A stretch of 49,090 bases of DNA from an uncultured candidatus Brocadiaceae bacterium (GCA_964370795.1 CAYJME010000002.1:9220-58309); one strand, 5' to 3'. Shown: positions 1 to 9,831, numbered from the stretch's first letter. Numbers and translations: made by a program. The notes: a model not told the origin generated them from the letters alone.

Positions 1-100
1 TTTTTGATTTATAACTCTTTGAGTAATTTTAATAACCAGATACGTCGCGAACAAACTCGTTTGTCCGTGATTTGTATATATTTTTTAGGTGGATAATCAC

Positions 101-925
101 ATGAGTTTACTTTTAGGCGCAGCAATTACGTTAGGTATATTAGGTATGGTCTTTGGTATTGGCCTGGCCATAGCCTCCGACAAATTCGCAGTTAAAGTCG
201 ACCCTCGCATAGATAGTATCAACGAAGTACTACCGGGCGCAAATTGTGGCGCATGCGGTCAGCCTGGCTGTAGTGGTTTTGCACAGGCGGTTGTAGAAGG
301 CAAGGCGCCCGTAAGCGGATGTACGGTAGGTCAGGATGCCGTGGCCAAACTGGTAGCAAATATCATGGGCGTCAAAGTTGAAGACAAGGAACGTTCTGTC
401 GCCGTGGTCATGTGCCATGCGCGGGGCGTTAAAAACAAATTCACTTACAATGGGGTAAAAGATTGTCGTGCCGCGCATCTTGTTGGAGGCGGTTTTCTGG
501 GCTGCGATTACGGCTGTCTTGGTTTGGGTACCTGTGTGGAGGCATGTAAGTTTGAAGCGATGTACATGGGCAAAGATGGCCTTCCCAAAGTTATTGAGGA
601 ACGGTGCACAGCATGTGGAAAATGCGCAGCAGTATGTCCCCGGAAACTTATCAGTATAGTGCCCGTATCAAAAATGGTGCACGTTCGCTGCAAGTCTCTC
701 GATAAAGGAGCTGTTGCAAAAAAAATCTGTCAAGATTCCTGTATTGCCTGCAAGCGGTGCGAAAAGATATGTCCCTATGATGCTATCCACGTGCAGAACA
801 ACCTTGCCGTAATTGATTATAACAAATGCACATCCTGCGGAAAGTGCGTGGAGGTCTGTCCGAATCACACCATTATTAATTATGCGCACGAACGAAGCCG
901 CGACAAACAAGCCGTATTAACCTAG
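101..925 (+). CDS. rnfB: RnfB/RsxB-type electron-transport complex Fe-S subunit
   Basis: From ORF 89..925. It has an N-terminal hydrophobic helix (LLLGAAITLGILGMVFGIGLAIA) and a CGACGQPGC cluster motif. Three CxxCxxCxxxCP ferredoxin motifs follow (CTACGKCAAVCP, CIACKRCEKICP, CTSCGKCVEVCP). ATG 101 lies 8 nt after AGGTGG (87-92). GTG 89 is the longest-ORF alternative start. Confidence 0.8.
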   Translation: MSLLLGAAITLGILGMVFGIGLAIASDKFAVKVDPRIDSINEVLPGANCGACGQPGCSGFAQAVVEGKAPVSGCTVGQDAVAKLVANIMGVKVEDKERSVAVVMCHARGVKNKFTYNGVKDCRAAHLVGGGFLGCDYGCLGLGTCVEACKFEAMYMGKDGLPKVIEERCTACGKCAAVCPRKLISIVPVSKMVHVRCKSLDKGAVAKKICQDSCIACKRCEKICPYDAIHVQNNLAVIDYNKCTSCGKCVEVCPNHTIINYAHERSRDKQAVLT

Positions 926-1003
926 ATGTCATTATTGGTAACTCTTTAGCCAACTGAAGTATGCCAGGCTTTAGAAATCAAACTTCAGTATTAACTCTCA
1001 TAC

Positions 1004-1738
1004 ATGCATCAAAACCGCTTTTATATTCCCTGTACGCCAACAACGCAGGAAGTCTGGATCGATGGTAACGAGGCACACCATATCATCCGTGTTAAACGGG
1101 CAAAAGAGGGCGAGAAAATTACCCTCTTCAATGGAAAGGGATATGAGTACTTTGGACATATTCAAGAAATATTAAAAGATAAATTAAAAGTATTTATTGA
1201 ACAAACCCGCCTCGTCGATAGAGAAGCGCTCATTGAAATTACCATCGCCTTTTCCGTCCCCAAGGGAAAACACTCCACATTCTTAATCCAGAAATGCGCA
1301 GAATTGGGCGTAAAGACATTGATTCCCCTTTCCTGCGAACGAAGCGTCGTAGATATCGGCGGGAAATCCACAGAGAAGATTGAACGATGGGATAAGATCG
1401 TAATTGAGGCGTCCAAACAGTGCAAACGAAACCTGTTGACTCAGATAGAAGCGGCAATGCCATTCGCCGATTTCATAAAAACAGTGGGGTGTTATGACCT
1501 GGCGCTTATTGCATGTACAGAAACAGATACCATAACCCTAAAAAAGGCACTCCACGAACACCAGCAGGCAAAAATGATACTTTGCCTTGTTGGACCGGAA
1601 GGCGGATTTACCCATAACGAAGTAATTATGGCAAAGGAGCGTGGATGTATTCCCGTCAGCATAGGCCATTCGACGTTAAGAATTGAGACTGCAGCCATTG
1701 CAATTTCCTCGATGCTTCTCTATGCTTATTCTGAGTAA
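1004..1738 (+). CDS. rsmE: 16S rRNA (uracil1498-N3)-methyltransferase RsmE
   Basis: 244 aa. The N-terminus is PUA-like (RFYIP...EAHHIIRVKR). The C-terminal SPOUT region carries GPEGGF and a LRIETAA ending typical of RsmE. Confidence 0.85.
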   Translation: MHQNRFYIPCTPTTQEVWIDGNEAHHIIRVKRAKEGEKITLFNGKGYEYFGHIQEILKDKLKVFIEQTRLVDREALIEITIAFSVPKGKHSTFLIQKCAELGVKTLIPLSCERSVVDIGGKSTEKIERWDKIVIEASKQCKRNLLTQIEAAMPFADFIKTVGCYDLALIACTETDTITLKKALHEHQQAKMILCLVGPEGGFTHNEVIMAKERGCIPVSIGHSTLRIETAAIAISSMLLYAYSE

Positions 1739-1917
1739 AAGAGGCCTTCGGCGACTTGCAGTTTTAATTGTCCTGTGGTAGGAGCCGTCTCCTGACGGCA
1801 ACTGGCAATATAAGACGGCATGCGCATGTGCCCTGTCGCCAAACAGGAGTTGGCTCCTGCCAAAAACTTTGAAATTCCTATGCAATTAAATTATTTATCG
1901 ACAATAGTGCTTACTAA

Positions 1918-3738
1918 CTATTTTTTGTTTTTTGTCTTTCCTGCAAGATAGATCATAAGTATGGAAATATCCGCAGGGGAAACACCGGAGATGCGGGAGG
2001 CGTGTCCTAAAGAAATGGGCTGTATCCGGGAAAGCTTCTGGCGTGCTTCTTTTCTCAATTCGGGGACGCTATCATAATCAATCCATGATGGAATTTTGTA
2101 ATCTTCCATCTTTTTAAACTTTTCTATCTGCTGCTGCTGCCTTTCTATATACCCTTTGTATTTTACCTCAATCTCTACCTGTTCTTTTACCTCCCTTGAT
2201 ATGTGTTGTTGACGAAGATAATCGTCCATATTGACGATATCTTCAAAGGTTCGATCGGGCCGGCTCAATATTTTTGCTAATGTGTCAGGCCCTGTCATTT
2301 TTTTATTTAAATACGTGAGCATCCCGGAAATCGCGCATTCCTTTTCGACTAATTTTTGCCACTGCTGGTCGGAAATAAGTCCGTAGCGGTATCCGTATTT
2401 CATCAACCGCCTGTCTGCGTTATCCTGCCTCAGGAGTAGCCGGTACTCTGCGCGCGAGGTAAACATGCGATACGGCTCTTGTGTACCTTTGGTAACAAGG
2501 TCATCAACAAGCACGCCAATATACGCCTCGGAACGATCCAGGATAAACGGTTCTTTCCCCTGAATTTTCAACGCCGCATTGATACCCGCCATAATGCCCT
2601 GAGCAGCGGCTTCTTCGTAACCGGACGTCCCGTTAATTTGGCCTGCATGAAAGAGGTTTTCTATTAGTTTCGTTTCTAAAGACGGTTTGAGTTGTATGGG
2701 CGGCACAAAGTCATACTCAATGGCATAGCCATATCGCACAATCTCTGCGGTTTCTAAGCCTTTTATTGAGTGAACGATTTCCTCCTGTACATCATGGGGC
2801 ATGCTCGTGGAAATCCCGTTACAATAAACCTCAAGGGTGTCAAGTCCTTCCGGCTCTAAAAATATCTGGTGTTGTTCCTTTCCTGAAAACCGTACAATTT
2901 TATCTTCCAAAGACGGACAATAGCGAGGCCCAATGGACTTAATCTGACCCGAGTACATTGGCGCACGGTTCAGGTTTGCCGTAATAATCTTGTGGGTGTC
3001 CGGATTCGTGTATGTTATATAGCAGGGAACCTGCAACCGGTCAATTTTTTCCGTGGAAAAGGAAAATGGTTGCGGATTTTCATCGCCATGCTGGGGAGTA
3101 AGTGTTTCATAATGTATTGTCCGGCCATTGAGACGCGGCGGCGTTCCCGTCTTGAGACGCCCTACCTCGAACCCAAGCTTTCGCAAAGAATCCGACAATT
3201 TTTCCGATGAAAGTTCCCCAATCCGTCCACCCGATGTAATATACTCGCCAATATGAATCAATCCCTTTAAAAACGTACCCGTAGTAAGGATGACGGTCTT
3301 TGTTTCGTATTTTAAGCCACTTTGACCTATGATACCCATTACTTTTCCATCACGTACCATAAGGCTATCAACAATTTCCTGTCTTAAAAAAAGATTAGCC
3401 TGGTGTTCCAACCTCTTTTTCATGGATAACTGGTAGGCCTTTATATCGGCCTGGGCACGGGGGGAATGGACAGCGGGGCCTTTTTTGGTGTTGAGCATAC
3501 GGAACTGGATTGATGTTTCATCGGTAACCTTTGCCATCTCGCCGCCGAGGGCGTCAATCTCCCGAACTAACTGGCCCTTTGCAAGACCGCCGATAGCAGG
3601 ATTACACGACATTTGCGCAATAGTATCGAGGTTAATGGTGAGCAGCGCCGTTCTCATTCCCATGCGGGCAGAGGCAAGGGCAGCCTCACAGCCGGCATGT
3701 CCGGCGCCAACCACAATTACATCAAAATCTTTTTGCAT
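1918..3738 (-). CDS. mnmG: tRNA uridine 5-carboxymethylaminomethyl modification enzyme MnmG (GidA)
   Basis: 606 aa. The N-terminal FAD motif is FDVIVVGAGHAGCEAALASARMG. The sequence resembles GidA along its full length (NPAIGGLAKG, TGTFL, GQINGTSGYEEAAAQG). Confidence 0.95.
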   Translation of the reverse strand: MQKDFDVIVVGAGHAGCEAALASARMGMRTALLTINLDTIAQMSCNPAIGGLAKGQLVREIDALGGEMAKVTDETSIQFRMLNTKKGPAVHSPRAQADIKAYQLSMKKRLEHQANLFLRQEIVDSLMVRDGKVMGIIGQSGLKYETKTVILTTGTFLKGLIHIGEYITSGGRIGELSSEKLSDSLRKLGFEVGRLKTGTPPRLNGRTIHYETLTPQHGDENPQPFSFSTEKIDRLQVPCYITYTNPDTHKIITANLNRAPMYSGQIKSIGPRYCPSLEDKIVRFSGKEQHQIFLEPEGLDTLEVYCNGISTSMPHDVQEEIVHSIKGLETAEIVRYGYAIEYDFVPPIQLKPSLETKLIENLFHAGQINGTSGYEEAAAQGIMAGINAALKIQGKEPFILDRSEAYIGVLVDDLVTKGTQEPYRMFTSRAEYRLLLRQDNADRRLMKYGYRYGLISDQQWQKLVEKECAISGMLTYLNKKMTGPDTLAKILSRPDRTFEDIVNMDDYLRQQHISREVKEQVEIEVKYKGYIERQQQQIEKFKKMEDYKIPSWIDYDSVPELRKEARQKLSRIQPISLGHASRISGVSPADISILMIYLAGKTKNKK

Positions 3739-3741
3739 ACA

Positions 3742-5298
3742 CTACTTGGCGTGTTCAACGAAGCGGGTCTCCCGGATAACGGTAACAACAACTTCTCCTG
3801 GATATTCCAGTTGTTCTTCGACTTCCCTCGCTATGTCATAGCACATCTTGGCGGCAACCTTGTCATTTACCTTTTCAGGACACACCAGGACTCGTATCTC
3901 TCTTCCCGCCTGAATGGCATAGGCACCCTCAACCCCGCTGAAAGCGGTGGCAATACTTTCGAGTTTCTCGAGGCGTTTGATATACTTCTCAAGGGTTTCT
4001 CTTCTCGCTCCCGGCCTGCCGGCAGAAATAGCGTCTGCGGCGCTCGTCAGCACAGTATAAACAGACTCGACAGGTTTTTCCTCATGATGCCCGCCAATTG
4101 CATTCACGACTTCCGGTCTTTCGTCATAGCGTTTCGCAAGGTCGGCGCCTGCTATCGCATGCGTGCCTTCCATCTCAGGGCCGATTGCCTTACCAATATC
4201 ATGCAACAAGCCGCATCGCTTGGCCAATGCAACATCAAGCTTCAGTTCACCGGCAAGAATACCCATGAGGTTGCTCACTTCGATGGAATGCTGCAACTGA
4301 TTTTGCCCATAACTTGTCCGGTATTTAAGCCGGCCAAGAAGTTTTATTATTTCCGGGTGTATATTATGAATCCCTAATTCAAAGCATGTTTGTTTACCCG
4401 TTTCCTGGATAATTTGTTCAATTTCCTTTTCCGTTTCTTTCACAACCTCTTCGATATGTGCCGGGTGAATTCTGCCATCAATAATCAATTTTTCCATAGA
4501 TTGCCGGGCTATTTCACGGCGGACACTATCAAAACCGGAAAGTACGATTACGCCGGGGGTATCATCTACAATAACGTCTATACCTGTCGCCTTTTCAAAT
4601 GCACGAATATTCCTGCCCTCACGCCCGATAATGCGCCCCTTCATTTCATTATTCGGAAGCTCAATGGCGCTGACAATGTTTTCTGCCGTATGGGTCGCAG
4701 CGCATCGCTGGATTGCGGTACTAATTAATGATACGGCCGTTTGTTCCGCATTTTCCTTTGCCTCGTTAATTTTGTGCACAATCAATTCGGAACATTTTAT
4801 TTCCAGCTCCTTTTCTAGCCGGCCCAATAAAAGTTTTTCGGCCTCCGTTTTTGATAAATCGGCCATTTTAAGAAGCGCCTTATTTTGCTCATCTATAGCC
4901 TTTTCCAGTTCCTGTTTCTTTTCGTCAAGCTTTTTTTCCTTCAGTGCAAAATTAGCCGTGAGGGTATCGATGTACCTTTCCTTCTTGGTGAGTAATTCCA
5001 TCTTACGCTCAAGGTTATCTTCCCTTTTGCTAAGCCTTTTTTCCTGTAACCGCAACTCCATCTTGGTTTCCTGAGTTTCCTTTTCAAATGACTCCCTGCG
5101 TTGATACAACTCGGCTTTCGTGGCAAGTTCTGCCTCCTTCTTGATCCTTTCGGCCTCACGTTGGGATTCTTCTAAAAGTTCCTTAATCCTCCTTTCGCTG
5201 GCTAATTGTTTTTTCTTGGAAACAACAATACAAATGAAGTAGCCAATACCAACGCCTACCGGAAGAAGGATGTACATCAATATTTGGAACAGCAGCAT
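3742..5298 (-). CDS. rny: Ribonuclease Y
   Basis: 518 aa. It has an N-terminal TM helix, a long charged coiled coil, a KH motif (GRIIGREGRNIRAFE) and an HD domain (LLHDIGKA). Its stop is 3 nt upstream of the mnmG start, so the two are probably co-transcribed. Confidence 0.95.
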   Translation of the reverse strand: MLLFQILMYILLPVGVGIGYFICIVVSKKKQLASERRIKELLEESQREAERIKKEAELATKAELYQRRESFEKETQETKMELRLQEKRLSKREDNLERKMELLTKKERYIDTLTANFALKEKKLDEKKQELEKAIDEQNKALLKMADLSKTEAEKLLLGRLEKELEIKCSELIVHKINEAKENAEQTAVSLISTAIQRCAATHTAENIVSAIELPNNEMKGRIIGREGRNIRAFEKATGIDVIVDDTPGVIVLSGFDSVRREIARQSMEKLIIDGRIHPAHIEEVVKETEKEIEQIIQETGKQTCFELGIHNIHPEIIKLLGRLKYRTSYGQNQLQHSIEVSNLMGILAGELKLDVALAKRCGLLHDIGKAIGPEMEGTHAIAGADLAKRYDERPEVVNAIGGHHEEKPVESVYTVLTSAADAISAGRPGARRETLEKYIKRLEKLESIATAFSGVEGAYAIQAGREIRVLVCPEKVNDKVAAKMCYDIAREVEEQLEYPGEVVVTVIRETRFVEHAK

Positions 5299-6009
5299 TT
5301 TATGATTATGAACCGATTTGTCGGGATCATCCTCCAGAAATGAATAAAAAATAACCGTTTTCTATTAAATGGGAAAGGTCGAGAAAATACAACAAATTGA
5401 TACTTTGGATGAGGTGAAACCTAATCGAAATGTCGGGTTGAACAGAACAGGGGTTGAACAGACGGGATCCGGGGAAGATTTCTTTTTAAAAAAAAGTACT
5501 TACATACGGCATCACAGTAATGATTAATATACCTGAGGAGCGTAACAGCAGTGTACCAGTTAAACCACCATTTTAATACCTTGCATCCCAAAGTAACCAT
5601 ACAGTACCTACGCAAGAATCTTTCTTCGAAGTCCACAAGAATTGTCCGGAAACGACCGTCAGCAAAACGTAAAACAACACATCGTATATGAAAAAAAACA
5701 AATCTTACAAGAAAACTATAGAAATCCATATGATATGCTGTTTTTTGTTCATTTTTCCAACTGTTCTGAATTGAAAAATTACTTACCATGAATGACATTT
5801 TCTTAGATTAAACCTTCTCAACCTTTTACAAAACCTGAAATAAATAACCCAGGCTGAACACTATCGAGCTTTAAATTTCCCGAAATTTTATCCTATATTT
5901 TTCATCAAGTCAAGTTATTTTATATCTTTATTAGTAAACGGTTTAAGAACGTGTTAATCACAAATAAAAACCCCCCGTTTTCGATATTTTATTGATATTT
6001 GCTTGATGC

Positions 6010-6038
6010 TTGACAAGCAAATTATCGTTAAGTATAAT
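6010..6038 (+). promoter_or_regulatory. Consensus sigma70-type promoter (TTGACA-17 nt-TATAAT)
   Basis: TTGACA lies at 6010-6015 and TATAAT at 6033-6038, with an exact 17-nt spacer. It sits about 70 nt upstream of the AAGGAG/ATG of ORF 6111..6428. Confidence 0.5.
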
Positions 6039-6110
6039 TCAACTCCTTTAATTTTAAAGGAATTTGTGTAATTTGCGGTGCAATTGCTTTGATAATTAAG
6101 GAGAAACTAT

Positions 6111-6428
6111 ATGAGAGTTGAAGTAGAATTCCCAGACGTGGAGGGAAATAACGGAGACGAGGCAACGGTTTCGTTTTGGTACGTAGAAGAAGACGAAGAG
6201 GTTGAAGAAGGGGAAGACCTTGTCGAGATGATCACGGAAAAAACAACATTCAACGTTTCGGCGCCAGTATCTGGTAGATTGGTTGAAATACTTGCACAGG
6301 AGGGCGATGTGGTAAAGGTGGGCGACATCATAGCATATGTTGAAACAGAAGAGGACGAAGAAGACGAGGATTACGAAGAGGAGGAAGAAGATGCTGAGGA
6401 AGAAGAAGATGAGGATGATGAGGATTAA
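6111..6428 (+). CDS. Stand-alone biotinyl/lipoyl-attachment-like domain protein with poly-Asp/Glu C-terminal tail
   Basis: 105 aa with an AAGGAG Shine-Dalgarno site upstream. The pattern EATVSFWYVEEDEEVEEGEDLVEMITEKTTFNVSAPVSGRLVEILAQEGDVVKVGDIIAYVE fits the lipoyl/biotinyl hairpin fold, with a candidate acceptor Lys in TEKT. The last ~35 residues are almost entirely D/E. Confidence 0.7.
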   Translation: MRVEVEFPDVEGNNGDEATVSFWYVEEDEEVEEGEDLVEMITEKTTFNVSAPVSGRLVEILAQEGDVVKVGDIIAYVETEEDEEDEDYEEEEEDAEEEEDEDDED

Positions 6429-6469
6429 ATTTCCTCTCCATTCCAGAATATTTCTTTAATTCAATTACA

Positions 6470-6598
6470 GGGCTGTCCAAAAAGTAAAATTTCATTCAGT
6501 TTTTTTGTCGAATATTTTCGTATTTATACCAGGATATATTTTCATTCTCCTTTAAATAAATTCATACGTTCATGAGCGATATGGCTTTTGGACAGCCT
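6470..6598. repeat. Inverted-repeat-flanked intergenic element (GGCTGTCCAAAAG arms), copy A
   Basis: GGGCTGTCCAAAAAG at 6470-6484 and GGCTTTTGGACAGCCT at 6583-6598 are reverse complements over about 13 nt. They enclose about 100 bp of AT-rich DNA. The arm motif recurs at 20380-20394. Confidence 0.4.
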
Positions 6599-6620
6599 CA
6601 TTATACATGAAATTTAATGC

Positions 6621-7649
6621 ATGTCTTTTAAAAACATTTCCTGTCAAAACCGCATTGTAGAATTATTTAGAAACGTAATCACCAAGAGCCGTTTATCTCA
6701 TGCCTATATTTTTACCGGTCAGGAAGGCGTTGGAAAGACCCTATTCTCCAGAGAATTGGCAAAGGCGGTTTTTTGTCAGCGCCCTGATCCGGATGCGTGC
6801 GATACTTGCAATATATGTCAGCGAATTGACAATAACAATTACTCCGATTTATTTCTGATATCGCCGGAAAAAAATAGCCGGGTAATAAAAATAGAACAAC
6901 TTAAATATCTCCAGGAGGTCTTAAACGTCAAACCCCTGGAATCAAAACATAAAATGGTAATCATCCAGTCGGCAGACAGGATGAATGAGGCATCATCCAA
7001 TTGTTTGCTCAAAACCCTGGAAGAACCGCCTGCCTACGCCCTCATCATCCTCATTGCAACCTCCCTGGAATCTGTTAAAGATACGATACGGTCACGCTGT
7101 CAAATAATCCGGTTTTCACCTTTATCGATACAGGTAGTAAAAGACATCCTCATAAACAATTTACACCTGGAGCATAAACAAGCAGAGCGACTGGCATTCA
7201 TATCAAATGGCAGCGTGGAAAGAGCCGCACTACTTTCAGACTCAGGCGCCCTTGAAAAGAAAAACTGGCTTGTCGACCACCTTCTTACCTTAAAACCCGA
7301 TGATAATTTGACGTTTTCAAAAGAATTAATCAGTGAATGGCATATCCAGGATTTAGATGTTTTAGAAGAAAAACGCGCCTTTGTCAAAGAACTTCTATTT
7401 TCATTCCTTCTCTATTATCGGGATTTGCTCGTGTGTAAAATTGGCGGGCGCAATTTGCCTGTCTATCATACGGATTGGCGGGATACATTATTATCAAAGA
7501 GCGCTTCGTTTTCAGAGGATATGCTCTTCCAAATTATCCATATAATAAAGACATCCCTGGAATATCTTGATGCAAATGCCAACATTAATTTGATGCTGGA
7601 AAATATGATAACAAAAATATTACAACTTCAATCCGGGAAATTTGTATAA
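6621..7649 (+). CDS. holB: DNA polymerase III subunit delta-prime
   Basis: 342 aa. It has the SHAYIFTGQEGVGKT P-loop-like motif, a Cys zinc module (CQRPDPDACDTCNICQRI) and the SRCQIIRF sensor motif of clamp-loader subunits. Confidence 0.85.
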   Translation: MSFKNISCQNRIVELFRNVITKSRLSHAYIFTGQEGVGKTLFSRELAKAVFCQRPDPDACDTCNICQRIDNNNYSDLFLISPEKNSRVIKIEQLKYLQEVLNVKPLESKHKMVIIQSADRMNEASSNCLLKTLEEPPAYALIILIATSLESVKDTIRSRCQIIRFSPLSIQVVKDILINNLHLEHKQAERLAFISNGSVERAALLSDSGALEKKNWLVDHLLTLKPDDNLTFSKELISEWHIQDLDVLEEKRAFVKELLFSFLLYYRDLLVCKIGGRNLPVYHTDWRDTLLSKSASFSEDMLFQIIHIIKTSLEYLDANANINLMLENMITKILQLQSGKFV

Positions 7650-7793
7650 TGTAAATAAAGCCAAAATATGTTGCAGGACATAAGGAATTCATCGTACAAG
7701 ATAATTCCTAACCCAAACGAACCGGGATGCGAAGTGCGGGTGGTTCATTCCCCGCCCAAATGCAAACCACAAAACATACAGGAGGAGGAGAAA

Positions 7794-8960
7794 ATGGATA
7801 AACCAAAACGAATCCTTGTTGTAGATGACGATGAGCAAAACCGGGATCTCTTGGTGGCAATGCTGGAAGCCTTGGGTTATGAAACCGAAGTTGCCATAGA
7901 TGGGTTTGACGCACTGGGCAAACTGAGTTTGGATATCGACCTGGTGTTATTAGACGCGATGATGCCTGGTATGGATGGATTTGAAGTAACACGCAAGATT
8001 CGAAGCACCTCCCCCTATAGCGACTTACCTGTCGTTATGGTGACCGCCCTGACGAGCAAAGAAGATCGGATAAAGGCCGTTGAAGTTGGCGCCAATGATT
8101 TCATTTCAAAACCTATTGATAAAACAGAACTCACAGTGCGTACAATATCACTCCTCAAGATGAAGGAGCACCAGGACACTGTAAAACAGTATCAGAAAGA
8201 ATTGGAAGACAAGGTTGAAAAAAGAACTGCAGATTTACGCACTGTCATTTCAGAAAAAATAGAGGCTCACCGCAAAATCTATCAGGCACATCTGGACACA
8301 ATCAATCGGCTTGTAATAGCTGCTGAATACAAAGACGAGGATACCGCTGACCACATTAAGCGTATGAGCGGTTACTGTGCACTCCTGGCAAAGGCGCTCA
8401 AACTAACCCCACAGGAGACCGAGGTTGTTTATTATGCCAGTTCAATGCATGACGTCGGCAAGATAGGCATACCGGATCACATCCTTCTGAAACCCGGCAA
8501 ACACAACCCTGAAGAATGGGAAATAATGAAGCAGCATACCACTATTGGAGGCTATATTCTTGATAACTCCCCCTCTGAATTACTGCAGCCAGGCGAAATT
8601 ATTGCCCTGTCGCACCATGAAAAGTGGGATGGCAGCGGGTACCCGAAAGGGCTGGCGGGAGAAAATATTCCACTTCCAGGACGCATTTGCGCTGTTGCCG
8701 ATGTCTATGATGCATTGACAAGTAAGCGTCCATATAAAGAGGCATTTTCGAATGAAAAATCCCTGGAGATTATGAAGGAAGGAAGTGGCAAACATTTTGA
8801 CCCAAACCTTATCGATCTATTTTTCAAGAATCTTGATAGTATCTTTGCGATACAGAAAAAATTTAAAATGGGTGATACCCTTCAAAAAAACAAGATTGCC
8901 TCTCACGAGTACCCGGAATTCCTTCGGCAGATCATGTATGAGACAAAAACCGTTAAGTGA
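7794..8960 (+). CDS. Response regulator with HD-GYP phosphodiesterase output domain (RpfG-like)
   Basis: The REC domain shows ILVVDDDEQNRDL, LLDAMMPGMDG and SKPI. The HD-GYP domain shows HDVGKIGIP and HHEKWDGSGYPKGL. ATG 7794 follows GGAGGAGGAG (7781-7790). The longer ORF from 7668 has no homology-like N-terminus. Confidence 0.85.
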   Translation: MDKPKRILVVDDDEQNRDLLVAMLEALGYETEVAIDGFDALGKLSLDIDLVLLDAMMPGMDGFEVTRKIRSTSPYSDLPVVMVTALTSKEDRIKAVEVGANDFISKPIDKTELTVRTISLLKMKEHQDTVKQYQKELEDKVEKRTADLRTVISEKIEAHRKIYQAHLDTINRLVIAAEYKDEDTADHIKRMSGYCALLAKALKLTPQETEVVYYASSMHDVGKIGIPDHILLKPGKHNPEEWEIMKQHTTIGGYILDNSPSELLQPGEIIALSHHEKWDGSGYPKGLAGENIPLPGRICAVADVYDALTSKRPYKEAFSNEKSLEIMKEGSGKHFDPNLIDLFFKNLDSIFAIQKKFKMGDTLQKNKIASHEYPEFLRQIMYETKTVK

Positions 8961-8961
8961 T

Positions 8962-9795
8962 ATGAAAAGTGACAACGATGGATTAAGGCAGCTCCTGACG
9001 AAAATATATGAAGAAAGAGGGGTCGATTTCAGACAGTATAATACCGATATGCTGAGACGCCGATTAGCCAGGAGATTGTCCACGACCGGGGCTAAAACAT
9101 ATCTGGAGTATACAAGAACTCTGGATGTTGATGCGAATGAATACGAGAAACTCTTCGACGACCTCTTCATAAATGTAAGTCATTTTTTCAGAGACCCATT
9201 GGCCTTTGAACTCCTTTATAAAGTTGTTTTGCCTGAAATGATCGCCTATAAAGCGCAGCACGGCGAAACGTATATAAGGACATGGAGCGCCGGATGCGCT
9301 CAGGGCGAGGAACCTTACTCCGTTGCCATTCTGCTGTCCGAACTACTGGGAGAGCAATTAAAAGATTATCGTGTAACCATATATGCAACCGATATTGATC
9401 GCAATGCCCTGAATAAGGCAAAGATTGGGGAATACCAGGAGTCCAGTGTTTTAGAGGTAAAGAAAAGGTTCATGGACAAGTATTTCTCTCATAATGGGAA
9501 TTACAAGATCAGGGAATCTATTAAAGAATTGGTTGATTTTAGTTTTCACGATCTGACATCTGAAAAGTTTATAGCCCCACCAAGGAGTGTCTTTGCTAAT
9601 TTTGATCTTATTTTATGCAGGAATGCGCTTATCTATTTTTCCAGAGAACTTCAGAGAAAGGTACTCAGTCATCTTGAAACCGTGCTAAATAAAAGAGGTT
9701 ATCTGGTGCTAGGAGAAGCGGAAACATTACCTATAGATATGCAAAAAGATTTTACCTGCAGAGAGTGCATGTGCAAGATTTATCAAAAATTATAA
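8962..9795 (+). CDS. cheR: CheR-type protein-glutamate O-methyltransferase
   Basis: The N-terminal helical domain shows GVDFRQYNTDMLRRRLARRL. The SAM-binding motifs are IRTWSAGCAQGEEPYSVAILL and FDLILCRNALIYF. ATG 8962 lies just after the stop of the HD-GYP gene. The 8785 start would overlap that gene by 176 nt. Confidence 0.8.
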   Translation: MKSDNDGLRQLLTKIYEERGVDFRQYNTDMLRRRLARRLSTTGAKTYLEYTRTLDVDANEYEKLFDDLFINVSHFFRDPLAFELLYKVVLPEMIAYKAQHGETYIRTWSAGCAQGEEPYSVAILLSELLGEQLKDYRVTIYATDIDRNALNKAKIGEYQESSVLEVKKRFMDKYFSHNGNYKIRESIKELVDFSFHDLTSEKFIAPPRSVFANFDLILCRNALIYFSRELQRKVLSHLETVLNKRGYLVLGEAETLPIDMQKDFTCRECMCKIYQKL

Positions 9796-9831
9796 AAGTC
9801 ATAAGAGAACAAAATGTGAGGAATATATGCC

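Noticed and set aside
3613-4377. 254-aa plus-strand ORF, together with other long antisense ORFs such as 11811..12554, 24646..25842, 28901..29320, 31649..31960 and 33254..33646
   Set aside because: These ORFs lie fully inside and antisense to strongly supported genes (rny, the histidine kinase, both groEL copies, lon). Their composition is skewed and low in complexity (Ser/Ala/Ile/Phe-rich). They are typical shadow ORFs.
5421-5798. 125-aa minus-strand ORF in the rny upstream spacer
   Set aside because: Its composition is Phe/Cys/Trp/Arg-rich. It has no Shine-Dalgarno site and no recognisable motif. It is more likely non-coding.
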